NCBI GenBank assembly: GCA_964188305.1
Contig: OZ076889.1
Length of the DNA: 64,000 nucleotides
Origin: Podarcis bocagei
Taxonomy: Eukaryota
Direction: 5' to 3' (one strand)
Of the stretch, positions 26,638-39,106 are shown piece after piece. The notes beneath the pieces were generated by a model. It was not told the DNA's origin. It did no database searches and saw nothing but the letters and a program-made list of their open reading frames with translations. The number at the start of each line of letters is the position of its first letter. Position 1 is the first letter of the stretch. The translations under genes were made by a program, and so were the position numbers.

Positions 26638-26695
26638 ATCCCTTTGAACCACTTTGGAAGGCACTTATCCCTTTGAACCACTTTGGAAGCCACTT
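26638..26695. repeat. 29-bp tandem duplication
   Basis: atccctttgaaccactttggaag(g/c)cactt x2, one mismatch. Confidence 0.9.
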
Positions 26696-26909
26696 TGTAT
26701 CTCAAAGGTAGGGTAAAAACAGATAAAAGTGACTTGTAGTTTATCAGGTTCAGAGTAGAAATGAAGTCCTTGAAATACGAGAGGTCCTGCTTGTATCTGC
26801 AACAGCTAATTCCTACCTAGTTTCCAAAGATATCTCATTGTGTTCCGTAAGAAAAGACACAGATGCATTTAGAAATTATAACTATGGGGCACAAAACAGA
26901 AGAAAACTC

Positions 26910-27493
26910 TTTTTTTAAAAAATAATATTTATTAGAGTTTCAAAAAAGTTTCAAAAAAAAATAAAAAAAATAAAAACAGAAAATACAAAATACAAATATT
27001 TTGGTGTTAGAAATTCAGTCCTTTCCAATCAGTTTCTCCAAACTTTAGCTTGCTTTCTCTTTGCTTTGATCTGTTTACAGAAACGGGAGGTGGACTTCCT
27101 GTTTAAACCTTCCCCGCTTCGGTATCAAATTAAGTCTCTTTTGTATTTCGAAATTTCCCCTACTCACGGGTAGTTACTTTTGTAGTCAAATTTTCACAAG
27201 AAGAAGTCAGCGCTCTCCAGTAACGGCTGTGCGGCTTCACTCCGGGGGAGAAGCAGTCATTCACAGCACCGCGCCGCTCACCCGCTTCGCTCCGGAACCC
27301 ATAAATAGGATTCCCCATGAATTTGGGGGGCGCAAAAGGTGCCCGCTGAATCCCACGCTCACAGGCTTCACCCGCCTGTGATTTTTGGAGGGTCTCCGTT
27401 TTCGCCGTAGCGGCAAGACCCAATTCCCCCGAGGCAAATCCCTCCTAGTCAGAAGGATTCCGCCATTACCGATGGCGCTAAACCCGGAAGTCC
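26910..27493 (-). mobile_element. Short non-autonomous L1-like retroelement (5'UTR fused to 3' tail)
   Basis: 17-bp TSD aaaacagaagaaaactc (26893-26909 and 27494-27510). The minus strand starts GGACTTCCGG..., is CpG-rich, and ends in a T-rich segment, AATAAA and an A-tail. Confidence 0.8.
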
Positions 27494-27629
27494 AAAACAG
27501 AAGAAAACTCATCCAAGGGCAAGCACATCCATAGCTTACGGTAAGAGTGTCTCTGAGTTCTAAATCAAATACCCCATCACCAAATGGGATCAGGTTACAG
27601 ATATGCAGCAAATCAAATGCAAACAAAAC

Positions 27630-27783
27630 ATCAAACGGCGTTTCGCTGCTTCCACGCATGCGCGTGACATCATCTTGACCATCTGTGCGGCGAAACGCGA
27701 CCCGCGCAGACGCGGGTTGCATTCGCTTCAGGATGCGAACAGGGCTCCAGAACGGATGCCGTTCGCATCCCGAGGTACCACAG
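27630..27783. mobile_element. Partial Tigger-like MITE (one end)
   Basis: Ends ...gaacggatgccgttcgcatcccGAGGTACCACAG|TA; the other TIR is missing. Confidence 0.7.
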
Positions 27784-28687
27784 TATAGCATCTTGTGACC
27801 TCTCGTTCAAATTATTGTCCATGGCTTCATAACACATGCATTTATAAAGATGTGGAAAATGCTGTCACTATGTGTTCGTCACTTGCCTCAGCCCACCTTC
27901 TGTTCCACACCAATTCCATTGCAAGCATCCTGGCTTGCATTAAAGCAGAGTTATTATTTACGTATATCTGAGCCAGAGAATTCTGGTTTAATGCTAACAA
28001 ACCAGGATAGCAAGCCAGATTCTTCAGTTTGGACATAACAGGGAACTCTGACTTAAAGAAAGTCAGGATCGTCACACGACGGCTGGTACATTATGGGAGG
28101 AGAGGAGGTGCAGTGGCCATGGCGGCATGAACCACAGCTTATGAAGCTATGGATAATCATCCAAACATAGCCAATATACACATGCATGTGTAATCTACTT
28201 CGTATTGAATAAATATTATTTTAAAATACAAACACCTTCATCCCTTTTATAATTGATGAACAGGATGAGCCTTGACTTTCTGCACCTGAAGAGGGGTAGG
28301 GGAGAAGTGGAAATGAGGCACCAGGCAGGATCTTTGAATCACAGTGGTTAGGGTATGCAAAACTTCATTTGCACACACATCACGCCAGGCTGGAATTCAT
28401 GCCTTGCTTCTTTGCCCCTGAACCCTGGATCTCTGTCCTTACATGTCAATGGCTCCTCAAGATCTCTGTGCACATAACACAGATTTCCAATCAGAGGCGT
28501 GTACTTGGCTCCTGGTCTATTGACACTGAAGCAAGAAGGGCTCAAGGTTAATTCCTTATCAATACCCTATTGTCAGCTCGTTAATCAAAGTGAGAGGTCA
28601 GAGGCAACTGAAGTGTGAAGACAGCAGAGAGATGGACACTAGCTCCAACACTTCCTAAAACCCATCTTTATCCTTCTCACTGTACTA

Positions 28688-28897
28688 CAGTGGTACCTTG
28701 AGTTAAGAACTTATTTGTTCTGAAGGTCCACCTGAAACTGTTCTTAACCTGAGGTACCACTTTAGCTAATGGGGCCTCTCACTGCCGCCGCCACGTGATT
28801 TCTGTTCTCATCCTGAAGCAAAGTTCTTAGCCCGAGGTACTATTTCTGGATTAGCGGAATCTGTAACCTGAAGCGTCTGTAACCCGAGGTACCACTG
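28688..28897. mobile_element. Tc1/mariner (Tigger-like) MITE
   Basis: TA|CAGTGGTACCT...AGGTACCACTG|TA; reverse complement of the 20568 type, with an internal deletion. Confidence 0.9.
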
Positions 28898-29255
28898 TAT
28901 CCCCAATTTGGGCACCTCAGGTTTTCCAACACATTTTGGTCCTGTGTCAAATCTACCAGCTCTACTAACACAAATATTTAAATTAAGCTTGAGACTAGTG
29001 ATCACATTAGCATAAATCCTAAGAAGGCTGGAAACCAGTGGGTACAGAATTGTACTGAAATCATAGTTCATGTTCTATCACTGATGTGGACTTACTATAT
29101 GTCCCTGGGGAACTTCCTGAATTTGTGCCTCAGTTTTCCACTGATCAAATGGAAGAATATTGATTTATTCACAGGGTTGCAATGGGGCAAAAATAAAGCC
29201 CGTAGAACAATTAATATGCTATCTAACGAAGTACTAAAAGAATATATTGTTTCAT

Positions 29256-30041
29256 GCCACCCTAATCTCCGAGCAGTGCAAGATTCCAGGGGTTTCAGGT
29301 AAGCACCTGTGTTTCCTTTTTGGAACGAGGCACAGTGGAGACTGGTATCTTTAGGATATAGCGTTTATTTACGCATATATACAACCTAAGCCTACAATGG
29401 AAGGGTTCACAGTATTGACACTCCATGCAGGTCTTGCTTTCCCATAGCTGCAGCCCTGGACAGACACCAGCCATGGTTCTGACTCTGCAGCTTGCTGACT
29501 TTTTTCAGATTGTAAATTTTCCTCCAGCTCACATCACAGCCAACACTGAAAACCCAATCCTAAACTTCAAACTCTGGCCTTTGTCTTTCTAACTACCTAA
29601 CTCAGAGCTGAAGGATGGCCCCCTCTCAAAAGCGTCTGGCACAAGGCCTCCTCTCCTTGACCATTACTTTCCCTTTGTTCTTGGTTAATGGTTAGTTTCC
29701 CAGGTGATTAACTCACAAGGAGACTGGCCTGGTTATCATAAAATATAATCTGAATCCAGGAGTTCAGTGCCTTCTATCCAGTGTAATACAGTGGTACCTC
29801 GGGTTAAGAACTTAATTCGTTCTGGAAGTCTGTTCTTAACCTGAAACTGTTCTTAACCTGAGGTACCACTTTAGCTAATGGGGCCTCCTGCTGCCGCTGC
29901 ACTGCCACTGCACAATTTCTGTTCTCATCCTGAAGCAAAGTTCTTAACCCAAGGTGCTATTTCTGGGTTAGTGGAGTCTGTAACCTGAAGTGTCTGTAAC
30001 CCAAGGTACCACTGTACCACAAACATTGATTAAATTCTAAC
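29256..30041 (-). mobile_element. Possible solo-LTR-like repeat, interrupted by a MITE
   Basis: TG...CA candidate ends and an internal tttatt (minus-strand AATAAA); no clean TSD seen. Confidence 0.3.
29789..30014. mobile_element. Tc1/mariner (Tigger-like) MITE
   Basis: TA|CAGTGGTACCT...AGGTACCACTG|TA. Confidence 0.9.
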
Positions 30042-30399
30042 AGTTACTGGATCTAGGAATTTAGGAGAGTATGGTACCCCTGAATTCTCCCATCCACAAT
30101 TTATTTTACCTTGTACCACTCTACCTTGATTATTTACTGGGGAATGACAATACTCTTTCTAACCAAAGTTGCTGTGCAATATCACAAACGTTTATGTCAT
30201 TCCATGCCTACCTTGATTACACAATTATATTCTCTCCCTGAAATGTATGTTCTGTGGCCAGAATTTTAATTTCACTCTATAGCCAAAAGGGTACCTAGAA
30301 TGACTTGCAAGTTCACTAGTAACCCTTGAAACAGCACATTGACTAGTTTGCGTTCTATGTCTAATAACACCACAAAATAAAAGAACCAGGAGTAGACCT

Positions 30400-30945
30400 C
30401 ATAAAACATTAAAAGCTCTGCTGGATCAGACCAAAGGTCCATCTAGTCTAGCATCTCCCCCCCCCCCGCCAGTGGCACAACCAGATACCTCTGGGAAGCC
30501 CACAAGTAGGAAGTAGGACATAAAGGCAACAGCCCTCTCTTGTCATTGCTCCCCAGCAACCAGCATTCACTGCCTCTGAATATGAAGCTTAAAAAAAACA
30601 TGATAACTAATAGTCTGTGATAGATCTATCCTGCATGAATTTCTCCAGTTCCCCTTTAAATTCATCCAAACTAGTGTCATCCCTGCATCCTGTAAATTGC
30701 ATTACTGTAATTAATTATGCATCCATTAGAAACAGTATTTTCTTTTGTCTATCCTGAATCTAGTGATCAATTTCACTAGATGACTATGAGTTCTAGTATT
30801 ATACTTAAACCATATCCACTATCTGAACATTATTTTTGTGAAGACCTCTCTTTAGTCATTTAAAAAACAAAAACAAAAAAGCACAGAAGTCCCAAACATT
30901 TTAGTCTTTCCTCATCCCTGATCATTTTGGTTGCCCTTTTCTGCC
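30400..30945 (-). mobile_element. Old CR1-like LINE 3' fragment
   Basis: ctgctggatcagaccaaaggtccatctagtc...gatcattttggttgcccttttctg; a related piece lies at 49145-49285. Confidence 0.55.
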
Positions 30946-33439
30946 TTCACATTCAGGGTTTAGGAAATAGTGTTATGAGTGATATGATCTCTTGAAGCAC
31001 ATTTCTCTGGGGCTAATTTCCCCCTACATAACATGTCCCTTAAGGTGTTTCACACAATTCAGGTGCTATATAAACCCAGTACAACAACCATTGCTAGGTT
31101 TGGGGGCAAGGGAAGAGGAACAAGTGGACAGCATAAAGGTGCTGCATTAAGATCTTCCTAAGCTCTTTCCTCAGTTCTGTAGGTTTATTGTGCTAGCCAA
31201 AGGCCATGACAAAAACATGGGAACACAGGCAATTTCAAATACAAAATATAAATCAAGGCATCTGCTAAAACAAACAGAACCATCAATTCCTAGCAAGACT
31301 ATAATCAGGGAGCACTCTGCTACTACACAAAGTGTATTCAGATTTAGACCTCTGAATCCCCATTACAGTTCACAGCTATTTTGTCCGATTCTTTCTTCCT
31401 AATCTTCCTTGCCGCCAACACAAAAAAGGCCACTTTATGAGTCACTAATGCATTGCAGTCACTCAGTGACCAGTGAACCCACTCCATCAGGGGAAGACTG
31501 CTTCCTTGAACAAACAAGGATTTTAGAAAGTGACTCCTTGGGTCTATGTGTAAGGGGCAATATAACATTTAAAAATGAGTATCTTCTAATTGTGATTGCC
31601 CGCATATACATAGTCTATCTGCGTATGGAGTATTGTGGTAATGACTACCCAACATTTGAAACTGTTGGCTTGCTGGGGCCAACAGTTATAGTTCAGCAAC
31701 ATCTAGAGGGATAAGTGTCCTGCACCCCTGCTTTCATTGCTGCTCCAATACCTTCCAAAGTTTCTGGACCACCCTGCTTCTAATGACTGAATGCCTCTCC
31801 CACACTAGTACAAGGTTTTTTCCTCAGCTTTATAACAACAAATTGATATAACAGGCAAATGAGGAAACACGAAATGAATTTTCTTAAATAGGGTTCTGTT
31901 GCAGACACAATGTGAAGTTGCTCTCTTCCAAAGTAATCCAAGCTGCATCAGCCTATTTTCCAAAGCAGAGTCCAAATTGTACCTAGTCTTCAGTGCACAA
32001 ACCTAGCATTTACTGCACCAGGTGCAGAGTACCATTCCCATTTACATGTCAGTTTTGTACTATAATTTATCTTTTTAGAGTCTGACAAAGATATTGTGCA
32101 TATAGGCAATCTACAACTAAACAGTTTTGCAAGGACTTTTAGCTGTGCAATGAAATTTCCCTGCCTTCTACTCTCCTGCATAACCTCTAAGTCTATTCTG
32201 GGGATACCCGCAAACCTTCAGGAGAGAGAAGAGTGAAGTTCCATCGGGTAGCTAAAAGTCCTTGTGAACTGTTTAGTCGGATGCCACCTTGAAAAATTAT
32301 TTCCCTAATTACATATGTACTGGTGTTGAAAAATATGACTGATCAATGAGATGACATCAAATATCAGCTTCTAAACTGATCCATCTGCAATGAAAATTAT
32401 GATTCTCATGTACTCCACTGAAGCATACCTAGAGACAAAATACTGGGCAGAAAAACTGAATATGGACTTTCCTCTTCTTAAGTGTACAAAGAATTCTCTT
32501 CCTACATTGCTGATAAATGGCTGCTTTATTATCTATGCAAGTCAAAATAGTTCAAATGCAAAGGAGAAACAATGCAACTGTTAGATGAGCAAATGAAGCT
32601 TAGCTGCTGTTATGAAAAGCTTAATAGTTTAATCAAAGGCACTCTGATGCTATAAAAAAAGGAATCCTGACCCTTTTGCTGTTTTGACTTAGAACCACTA
32701 GAGAGCAGCAAGTCATACTTTCCTCCTTTACTTCCAAAAATCTATGCTACAACAGCTGGAGAAATTCCTTCTACAAAGAAAAAAGGATTTTTATCAGGGA
32801 GGGAAACCGGGACCTAAAGCCAACATCTCCATCGGCATCCTTAAGCAGCCATTCAGAGCCCTTACTTCTGGTCTCAGGTGGTAGAACCTACACAAAGGCC
32901 ACCACTAAAAGCCAAAGATTATTGCAAGTTACTAATCTATTTTAGTCAATTTCACAGATGACACACCTGGGGTGATGGGGTGGTGAGGAGAGTAGCAACA
33001 CAATATTATTCTTTTCAGAAGTCCTGTTTGTGTTATTAACTCCTCAGGGAAACACTTGGCACCGTCACTGTCAGTATTTAGGAACCCAGGTGAGACAGTT
33101 TTATTTCCATAGGCTTTCGAGTTTTTGAGATAATACATGTGTATGAATTTAGCCTCCACTGTAGTGCTCATCTTTTAGTTAGGTAAACAAGATTTATCGT
33201 TTTTATTGTATTTGTGAATGAGAACTTTGGGGGGGGTTCTTTTTGCACCTTCTTTTTATTTTTATATTATATATTGATATTTTATATTCTTGTTAAGTTC
33301 CTTTGAGATGCCTTTTTTATAAAACAACAAACTAATGGAATAACTAAACAACAACAACCTTTGCAGTAATTAGCTTAATTGCTGCTTATGTAGTGTTTTG
33401 TTTTTATCAGTGCTGCTTTCAGTTTTAGACAGTCTAGAA

Positions 33440-33935
33440 CAGGGGTCGGCAACCCACGGCTCCGGAGCCGCATGTGGCTCTTTTACACCTTTGCCGCGGC
33501 TCCGGGGCGGATACTAGCGAGGGGAGGAGGCGCATTGTGCGCCCGACACTCCCCGCTGTGGCGGGCGCTGTACTGGCTGTGACGTCGCATGGGGGCGTTG
33601 CGTGCGTTAGTCACGCACCGTCCCGACGTCACCTTCCCGCCCGCCCGCCCGCTACATTGTAAGGGGCATGTACACTGGTCACTGCATTGAAAGGGGGCAT
33701 GTACGCTGGTCACTGTTTTGAAGGGAAGTGAAGAACACACACACAAAAGAAGGTAACTTGTTATTTTAACGTTTATTTCTATGAGGAGGAGTAATTCTGA
33801 GGGGTCAAACAAAGAAATAATAAAAAAGTGACAAAAAAGTTATTTTTATAATGACGAGTTTTGCGGCTCCCGGTTTTTTTTTCTTCGGAAACGGGTCCAA
33901 GTGGCTCTTTTTGTCTTAAAGGTTGCAGACCCCTG
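33440..33935. mobile_element. 496-bp non-autonomous hAT (Charlie-like) DNA transposon
   Basis: TIR CAGGGGTC(G/T)GCAACC (14/15); perfect 8-bp TSD gtctagaa (33432-33439 and 33936-33943); subterminal gtggctcttt at both ends. Confidence 0.93.
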
Positions 33936-35877
33936 GTCTAGAAGATAGCCTGCTGCTATCTGATTTGGTTTTTGTTTTTATTCACTGTGATATTTTCAAG
34001 GTTTTTTATTGCTATCCTTTGGAAAATGAAAAGTGGAATATAAATGTTTAAATTTAAACAAACTCACTCAAGCTGTGGAAAGCTCGCAGAAGTTCGAGTG
34101 AAAGCAACTGTCAGTGCAAACAGCACAGACCACCATAGGCTCGATAATAACAAAAAAGTAGGACGCACCCATTATGTATCATATAAAATGATCCAGCCCA
34201 AATTTCTCTGCAACACAGCACAATTTGTCCTATAATACAATTTAGAAAGATCTTCATAAGTTATCTTATTCTGTCCTCACAACAACCCTGTGAGGTAGGT
34301 TAGACAAAAATGTTGTGACTGGCCCAAAGTTACACAGAGATTTTCACAATTGAGGCTACAATCCTAGTAACTTCAATCTTAGTAACTTCAACAGGACTTA
34401 ACTCCTATTTCAGGGCAAAAAATGAACTGGTTTGCTCTGTAAGCACATGAACTAAAGTCCATCTGGTTGAAGTCCAAATCTGACATCCAGTGTATCAGAA
34501 CAAATAAGACATTAAAACACAACCCCATGATGCCCATTTTGTATTATTCAGCATAAATGCATCTGCAAACATTAGAAAGCCATATTTTTAATTAAAGGCT
34601 ACAGAGTGATTCCTGGAATTAGATTTCTGTCTCTTTTTCTATACGTGTGCAAACAGCTCAGTTCTTCCACTCTGTGACAATATTGTGGGAAAGCAACAGT
34701 AAAATGAATTGCATTCAACAAAGGTGGCAATATAGGGTTTTTGTTATTAACAGATAAAGTATGAATGCACTACCTGTAAAATCTATTTGAGAGAAGACTT
34801 AAAATCTCCTAATACCACATCTGCAGCTAGGGCAACTGAGGGACTATTTATATTTAAGGCTTTAAAACCCTTATTCTTCATGAGTCTCACTAAAGGTTTA
34901 GATCTAATCACCTATTATTTCTGAGTCACCTAGCTTGTTATCATCTTAACACTTTAGTATATATCAAACAGCAACATGTTTTCCTCTCCAGTTATTTCCC
35001 CAGTACACAGTTATGAACTGGGGGCAAAATACCCTGAGCTATTGACCCATTGATAGGGGAGACACATGGAAACTGACACCAAGATGGGTAAATCCACCCA
35101 TTTGAAACATAGTAATTAACTACAGCAGCTCGGCTAGAACTTCAGTCAATACCCTTCACTATTTTAAGAATTTCAACAATGGACACATGATCAAGTTAAT
35201 GTAAAATGGATTAGATACTAGAAAACTTTCTAGCCACCTCTGTACTCACAAGACAAGACAGCAAAGAATGTTTCACCACCCCTCCTCCTTACTGTTACCA
35301 AAGTTATAGCAAGTTTTCCTGGATCAATATGGAATAAAAGAGTGTGATTTCATAAATGCAATGCAGAAGACAGATCCAGAAAAGAGATATGCACAACTTT
35401 AGATATGTTGTTTTAATTCTGTGTTATAGTTTATAGCTTAGTTGATAATATGAAGTCACTAGCCTGGCTTTAACTCACAAGAAGCCTCCTCCTGTCCTCA
35501 GCTAAAAAGTACTTGGCCACAAGGCAAGTATAAGAGGGAGAAAAGCAGCCCAGAGATGGTGGTGGATCAACTAACTGCAGAGTTGTATACAGCAGCACAG
35601 AAAGGAACTGATTTTGCTTCACAAGGTGAAACCTTGAAGAGGTGGAAGAAGTTGATGGAAAGATGAAATGAACATCGGCAGGGTTTTACATTTAAATTCT
35701 ACATACATCAAAAACACAGAATTTAATATCAGCCACAGGTACATTTGAGAGCCAGTGCTTACTAAAATCTCAGAAACCAAACAGGAAGCTATGTAAGATT
35801 TCAAATAGCTAGGAACGGGCTTCAGCACCCCCGTATAGGTCCTTGTTCCCCACAATCAGGAGAAGCAGGATAAAATA

Positions 35878-36152
35878 CAGTGGACCCTTGGGTTACGTTA
35901 CCTTCAGGTAACGTAACTTTTGGGTTGCAAACACGGCAAACCCGGAAGTGTATACTTCCGGGTTTCGCTGCACGAGCATGCACAAAAATGCTCTATGCAC
36001 TTCATGCATGCGCAGAAGTGCTCTGCACACTGCACACAGAAGTGCTCTATTGCACTGTGTGTGTGCGCAGAAGCGGTGCCTCATGTTGCGGACTTTTCGG
36101 GGTACATAAGGACCCCCAGAACGAATTACGTTTGTATCCAGAGGGTCCACTG
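35878..36152. mobile_element. Tc1/mariner (Tigger-like) MITE, CAGTGGACCCT subtype
   Basis: TA|CAGTGGACCCT...AGGGTCCACTG|TA; internal cagaagtgctct repeats; lies about 375 bp past the TMEM53 stop. Confidence 0.88.
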
Positions 36153-36527
36153 TATACACTGTATACCAAATGAGTGTATGCAAATGTGTATACTTAAATA
36201 AAAGTTGCAGAATTTTGTTTTTCTTAGCTCAGAATTGTGCATGTTTAAATGCACAGATAACACACAGCCTATTAGAGTACTTTCCAAAGCCCATGAGCCA
36301 AAGTCAAGAAGAATGAATATATTGCAAAATATTTATCCTACAGTCCCACTCTCTGCTACTCAGCTATATGACAATTTCAGACATTCAGGTTCAGAGAAAT
36401 ACTTTGGCTTGCATTAGTGAGAGGCAGCAACAGAATTTTATCAAAAGCAATGATGAACGGTTTAGAGTATAATATTAGTGGGAGAGAAGGCAGATACTAA
36501 TACCTTCACATCAGCCACCAAGTGAGC

Positions 36528-37184
36528 CTAAGTGCTCCCAATACAATTGTACATAAAGGAGGTGCAATGAGTTGTGTATAAGGTGGGATATGCTCGCAGG
36601 TGGCTGACGTGATCAGTGTCCACAAAGTCCACAGCCTTAACAAGGACCTGATGCTGCTTCCGAGCCTCTATCATATTCTCCACATCACTTGCTTGAATAA
36701 CAGAATCCGCCTTGGAGTAGAGGTATAGCTCAGGCCATCTAGAGAGTTGCTTCAACATGGCATCATAGTGGCTCTCATGTACAAAGCGGGTCACAGGATA
36801 CAGTACCATCCGCCATGTCACCACCAGAACTGCAAATGTCAGTAAAAGGGCATACTTAACACATACATTGTATGACGATAGGACAACTGAGAGGGCACCA
36901 AGCGCACCCCGCAGATTCTTCCTGCCAGGAGCACTGTCAAATACAGTACCCACCACCCTTAGATGCTGGAACTGCTGGTGAGTGTGAAGAAGCTCCACAA
37001 TGTAGCGGTACAGCATGACACCTCCATTGCTGAAGACATGAAAGAGCAGGGGCTTCGTCTCTACTTTGTAGTCAAAGAGGAGCTCCAGCAGCTTCTTTGC
37101 CAAGTTCTGCAAGGAATTTATACCCAAGGATTCTGAAAAGAAAACCAATCTCCAAGGAGCCGTATAGCGGATCACTACACATCC
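36528..37184 (-). CDS. TMEM53: Transmembrane protein 53, exon 3 (last coding exon)
   Basis: tcctcacag|GGATGT; [11 protein letters not shown]...[10 protein letters not shown]...FDSAPG...LYLYSKAD...HVSH...CIGST*. Confidence 0.96.
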   Translation of the reverse strand, partial: GCVVIRYTAPWRLVFFSESLGINSLQNLAKKLLELLFDYKVETKPLLFHVFSNGGVMLYRYIVELLHTHQQFQHLRVVGTVFDSAPGRKNLRGALGALSVVLSSYNVCVKYALLLTFAVLVVTWRMVLYPVTRFVHESHYDAMLKQLSRWPELYLYSKADSVIQASDVENMIEARKQHQVLVKAVDFVDTDHVSHLRAYPTLYTTHCTSFMYNCIGST

Positions 37185-38371
37185 CTGTGAGGAATACACA
37201 AGTTTTAGTGTGTGCCATACGGTAAAAAGAACAAGAATTGGACAAGGTGTGCCAAGAGAAATATTCATATACTGCATATTTGAGAACTGCTCTCAATTTT
37301 CACTCCAGGAAATGGAAACATCTTAAAAGGAATACTCCTATATAGACTAGCAATTAGGTACATGTTAGGTTATCGCAAAGGGTGAGTCCTGAGGACTGAG
37401 TAACAAACTAAATTATCTGCAGTGGACTACAGTGATGGGCAAATGAAGCTCTTTCATTTCAAGTCAGTGACTCATCCAAAAAAACCTTAACTCCAGCCAC
37501 AAATCCCATACTTGTCAGCTGACATGCTTATAGCGTGTTTTATACCAGTGTTTGAGCAAGAGAGTGGAAAGGAAACCATTATAGCCAAAATGGCTATAAC
37601 AACAGTGAGAGAGAGACAACTGCTCAGTCTCCCTGCCTTTAACAAGGGAACATTTCAGTCTAAAACATCTATCATTGGAAAGAAATAAAGTGAACATCAG
37701 ACAGGACCTCGGTTAATTTTCAGAATCTTTGAAGAGCTAGGCAATAAACACAAAATAGTAGGCTTTTGAATGTCCCCTACAATACATTTTAAAGAGGATG
37801 CCAAGCAAACTTCTTAAGCTAAAGTTGCTACCAAAACTAAACACTTCAAATATTCCCAAGCTTTCCGTTAACATAAAAGAGTTGAAAAAGATTTCAATCA
37901 GGCCATATAGAAAATTCAACTTTGAAATCAGTCAAGCTACTCTCTGCGACTTATTATGTATGTATGTAATTTGTATACCTCCCTTCATCTGAAGATCGCA
38001 GGGCAGTTCGCAACAGAAAAATACAAAATACACAATAAAACTAAAACAAACCAATAACCCACCCACCCCCCACAAACACATTTTAAAAGCCATAGAATGT
38101 TAATCAGCCAAACCCCTGGCTGAAGAGAAACATTTTCACTTGGCACTAGAGTCTACTCTATGCAAGTCCTGGGAATGATCAGGTCAGGAAATTCTCACCC
38201 TAGAATTTTCACTTTTTGAGTAGTTCTTTTATACATAATGTTCAGGTGTGCCACATGCCACCCGAAGTACAATCCATCCAAGTGTTCTTGGCGTATCTCT
38301 GGATTGGCCACGAATTGTTCTTTCTCTGAAGAACACTGCAATAACTGCAGTCAAGTAAGTTCACTACTCAC

Positions 38372-38484
38372 CTCCTGAAGGTAGATGGTGCTGTATTTCT
38401 GCAGGTACCTATCCTTGCAGCCAGCCCACCCAAGCAGTATCACCACGGGCAGATTGCCTTTACTTCTCTTTGCAGCACCGGACT
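38372..38484 (-). CDS. TMEM53: TMEM53 exon 2
   Basis: tttttcag|AG...GAG|gtgagt; PVVILLGWAGCKDRYLQKYSTIY; phase 1/0. Confidence 0.95.
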
Positions 38485-38896
38485 CTGAAAAAAAGAAAGG
38501 AAGATTAAATGTCTGCCTTAGTCTTAACGAAAGGACTACTGTGCCACCAGACACGCAAACTTTTGGGAGCTGCAGCCGCCTCCGCAGAACATCCTTGCAC
38601 TTGTCAGGAGATTCCTGGGTAAGATGTGCCCGTGCGCGCCGCTTATTTGCGATTAATTCATACTTCCAAAGGCGATGTACCTCAGAAACGGAAGCAGATT
38701 TCAGGGCCAAGCCAAAGGGAACGCTGCCTAAAATCAAACTCTGAAAAAAACAAAAAACAACCCGACCCCACGAAGACAGCCCTCGCCTATTTCCAGTTTC
38801 CACCTTCAGCACGTCGGTCGGACCTTCCTTTTCCTCTCCACCGGCCGCTCCGCGAGTGCCGTACCAACGAAGCCTCCCAAACCCTCGCACACTCAC

Positions 38897-38960
38897 CAGC
38901 ATTTCTCTCCCGCGGCGTCGGGGGCAGCTCCACTACGCACCCCAACTCCTTGGACCCCAT
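38897..38960 (-). CDS. TMEM53: TMEM53 exon 1 (start codon)
   Basis: ATG GGG TCC AAG...GCT G|gtgagt (MGSKELGCVVELPPTPRERNA); the joined CDS is 834 nt = 277 aa + stop. Confidence 0.88.
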
Positions 38961-39106
38961 CCCTACGGCGGCTACCTCAGAACTGCCGCTTCCGTCTCAG
39001 CCCCGCCGGAAATGCCCGCCCTCTTCGACTCGCCTGACGAATCAGGAGGAGCAGGCGAGAGAGCGCGCGGCCGCTCCGTGACCCCCACTTCGCCGGTAAC
39101 CGGGAT

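Noticed and set aside
26638-26695. CRISPR-like direct repeat
   Set aside because: Two adjacent copies with no spacer, in a eukaryotic context; a simple tandem duplication.
27100-27790. CpG island of an unannotated gene
   Set aside because: Explained by the TSD-flanked retroelement and an adjacent partial MITE.
37185-37277. N-terminal extension of the 249-aa ORF as the TMEM53 start
   Set aside because: Intronic. A good acceptor ends at 37185 and exons 1-2 supply the conserved N-terminus.
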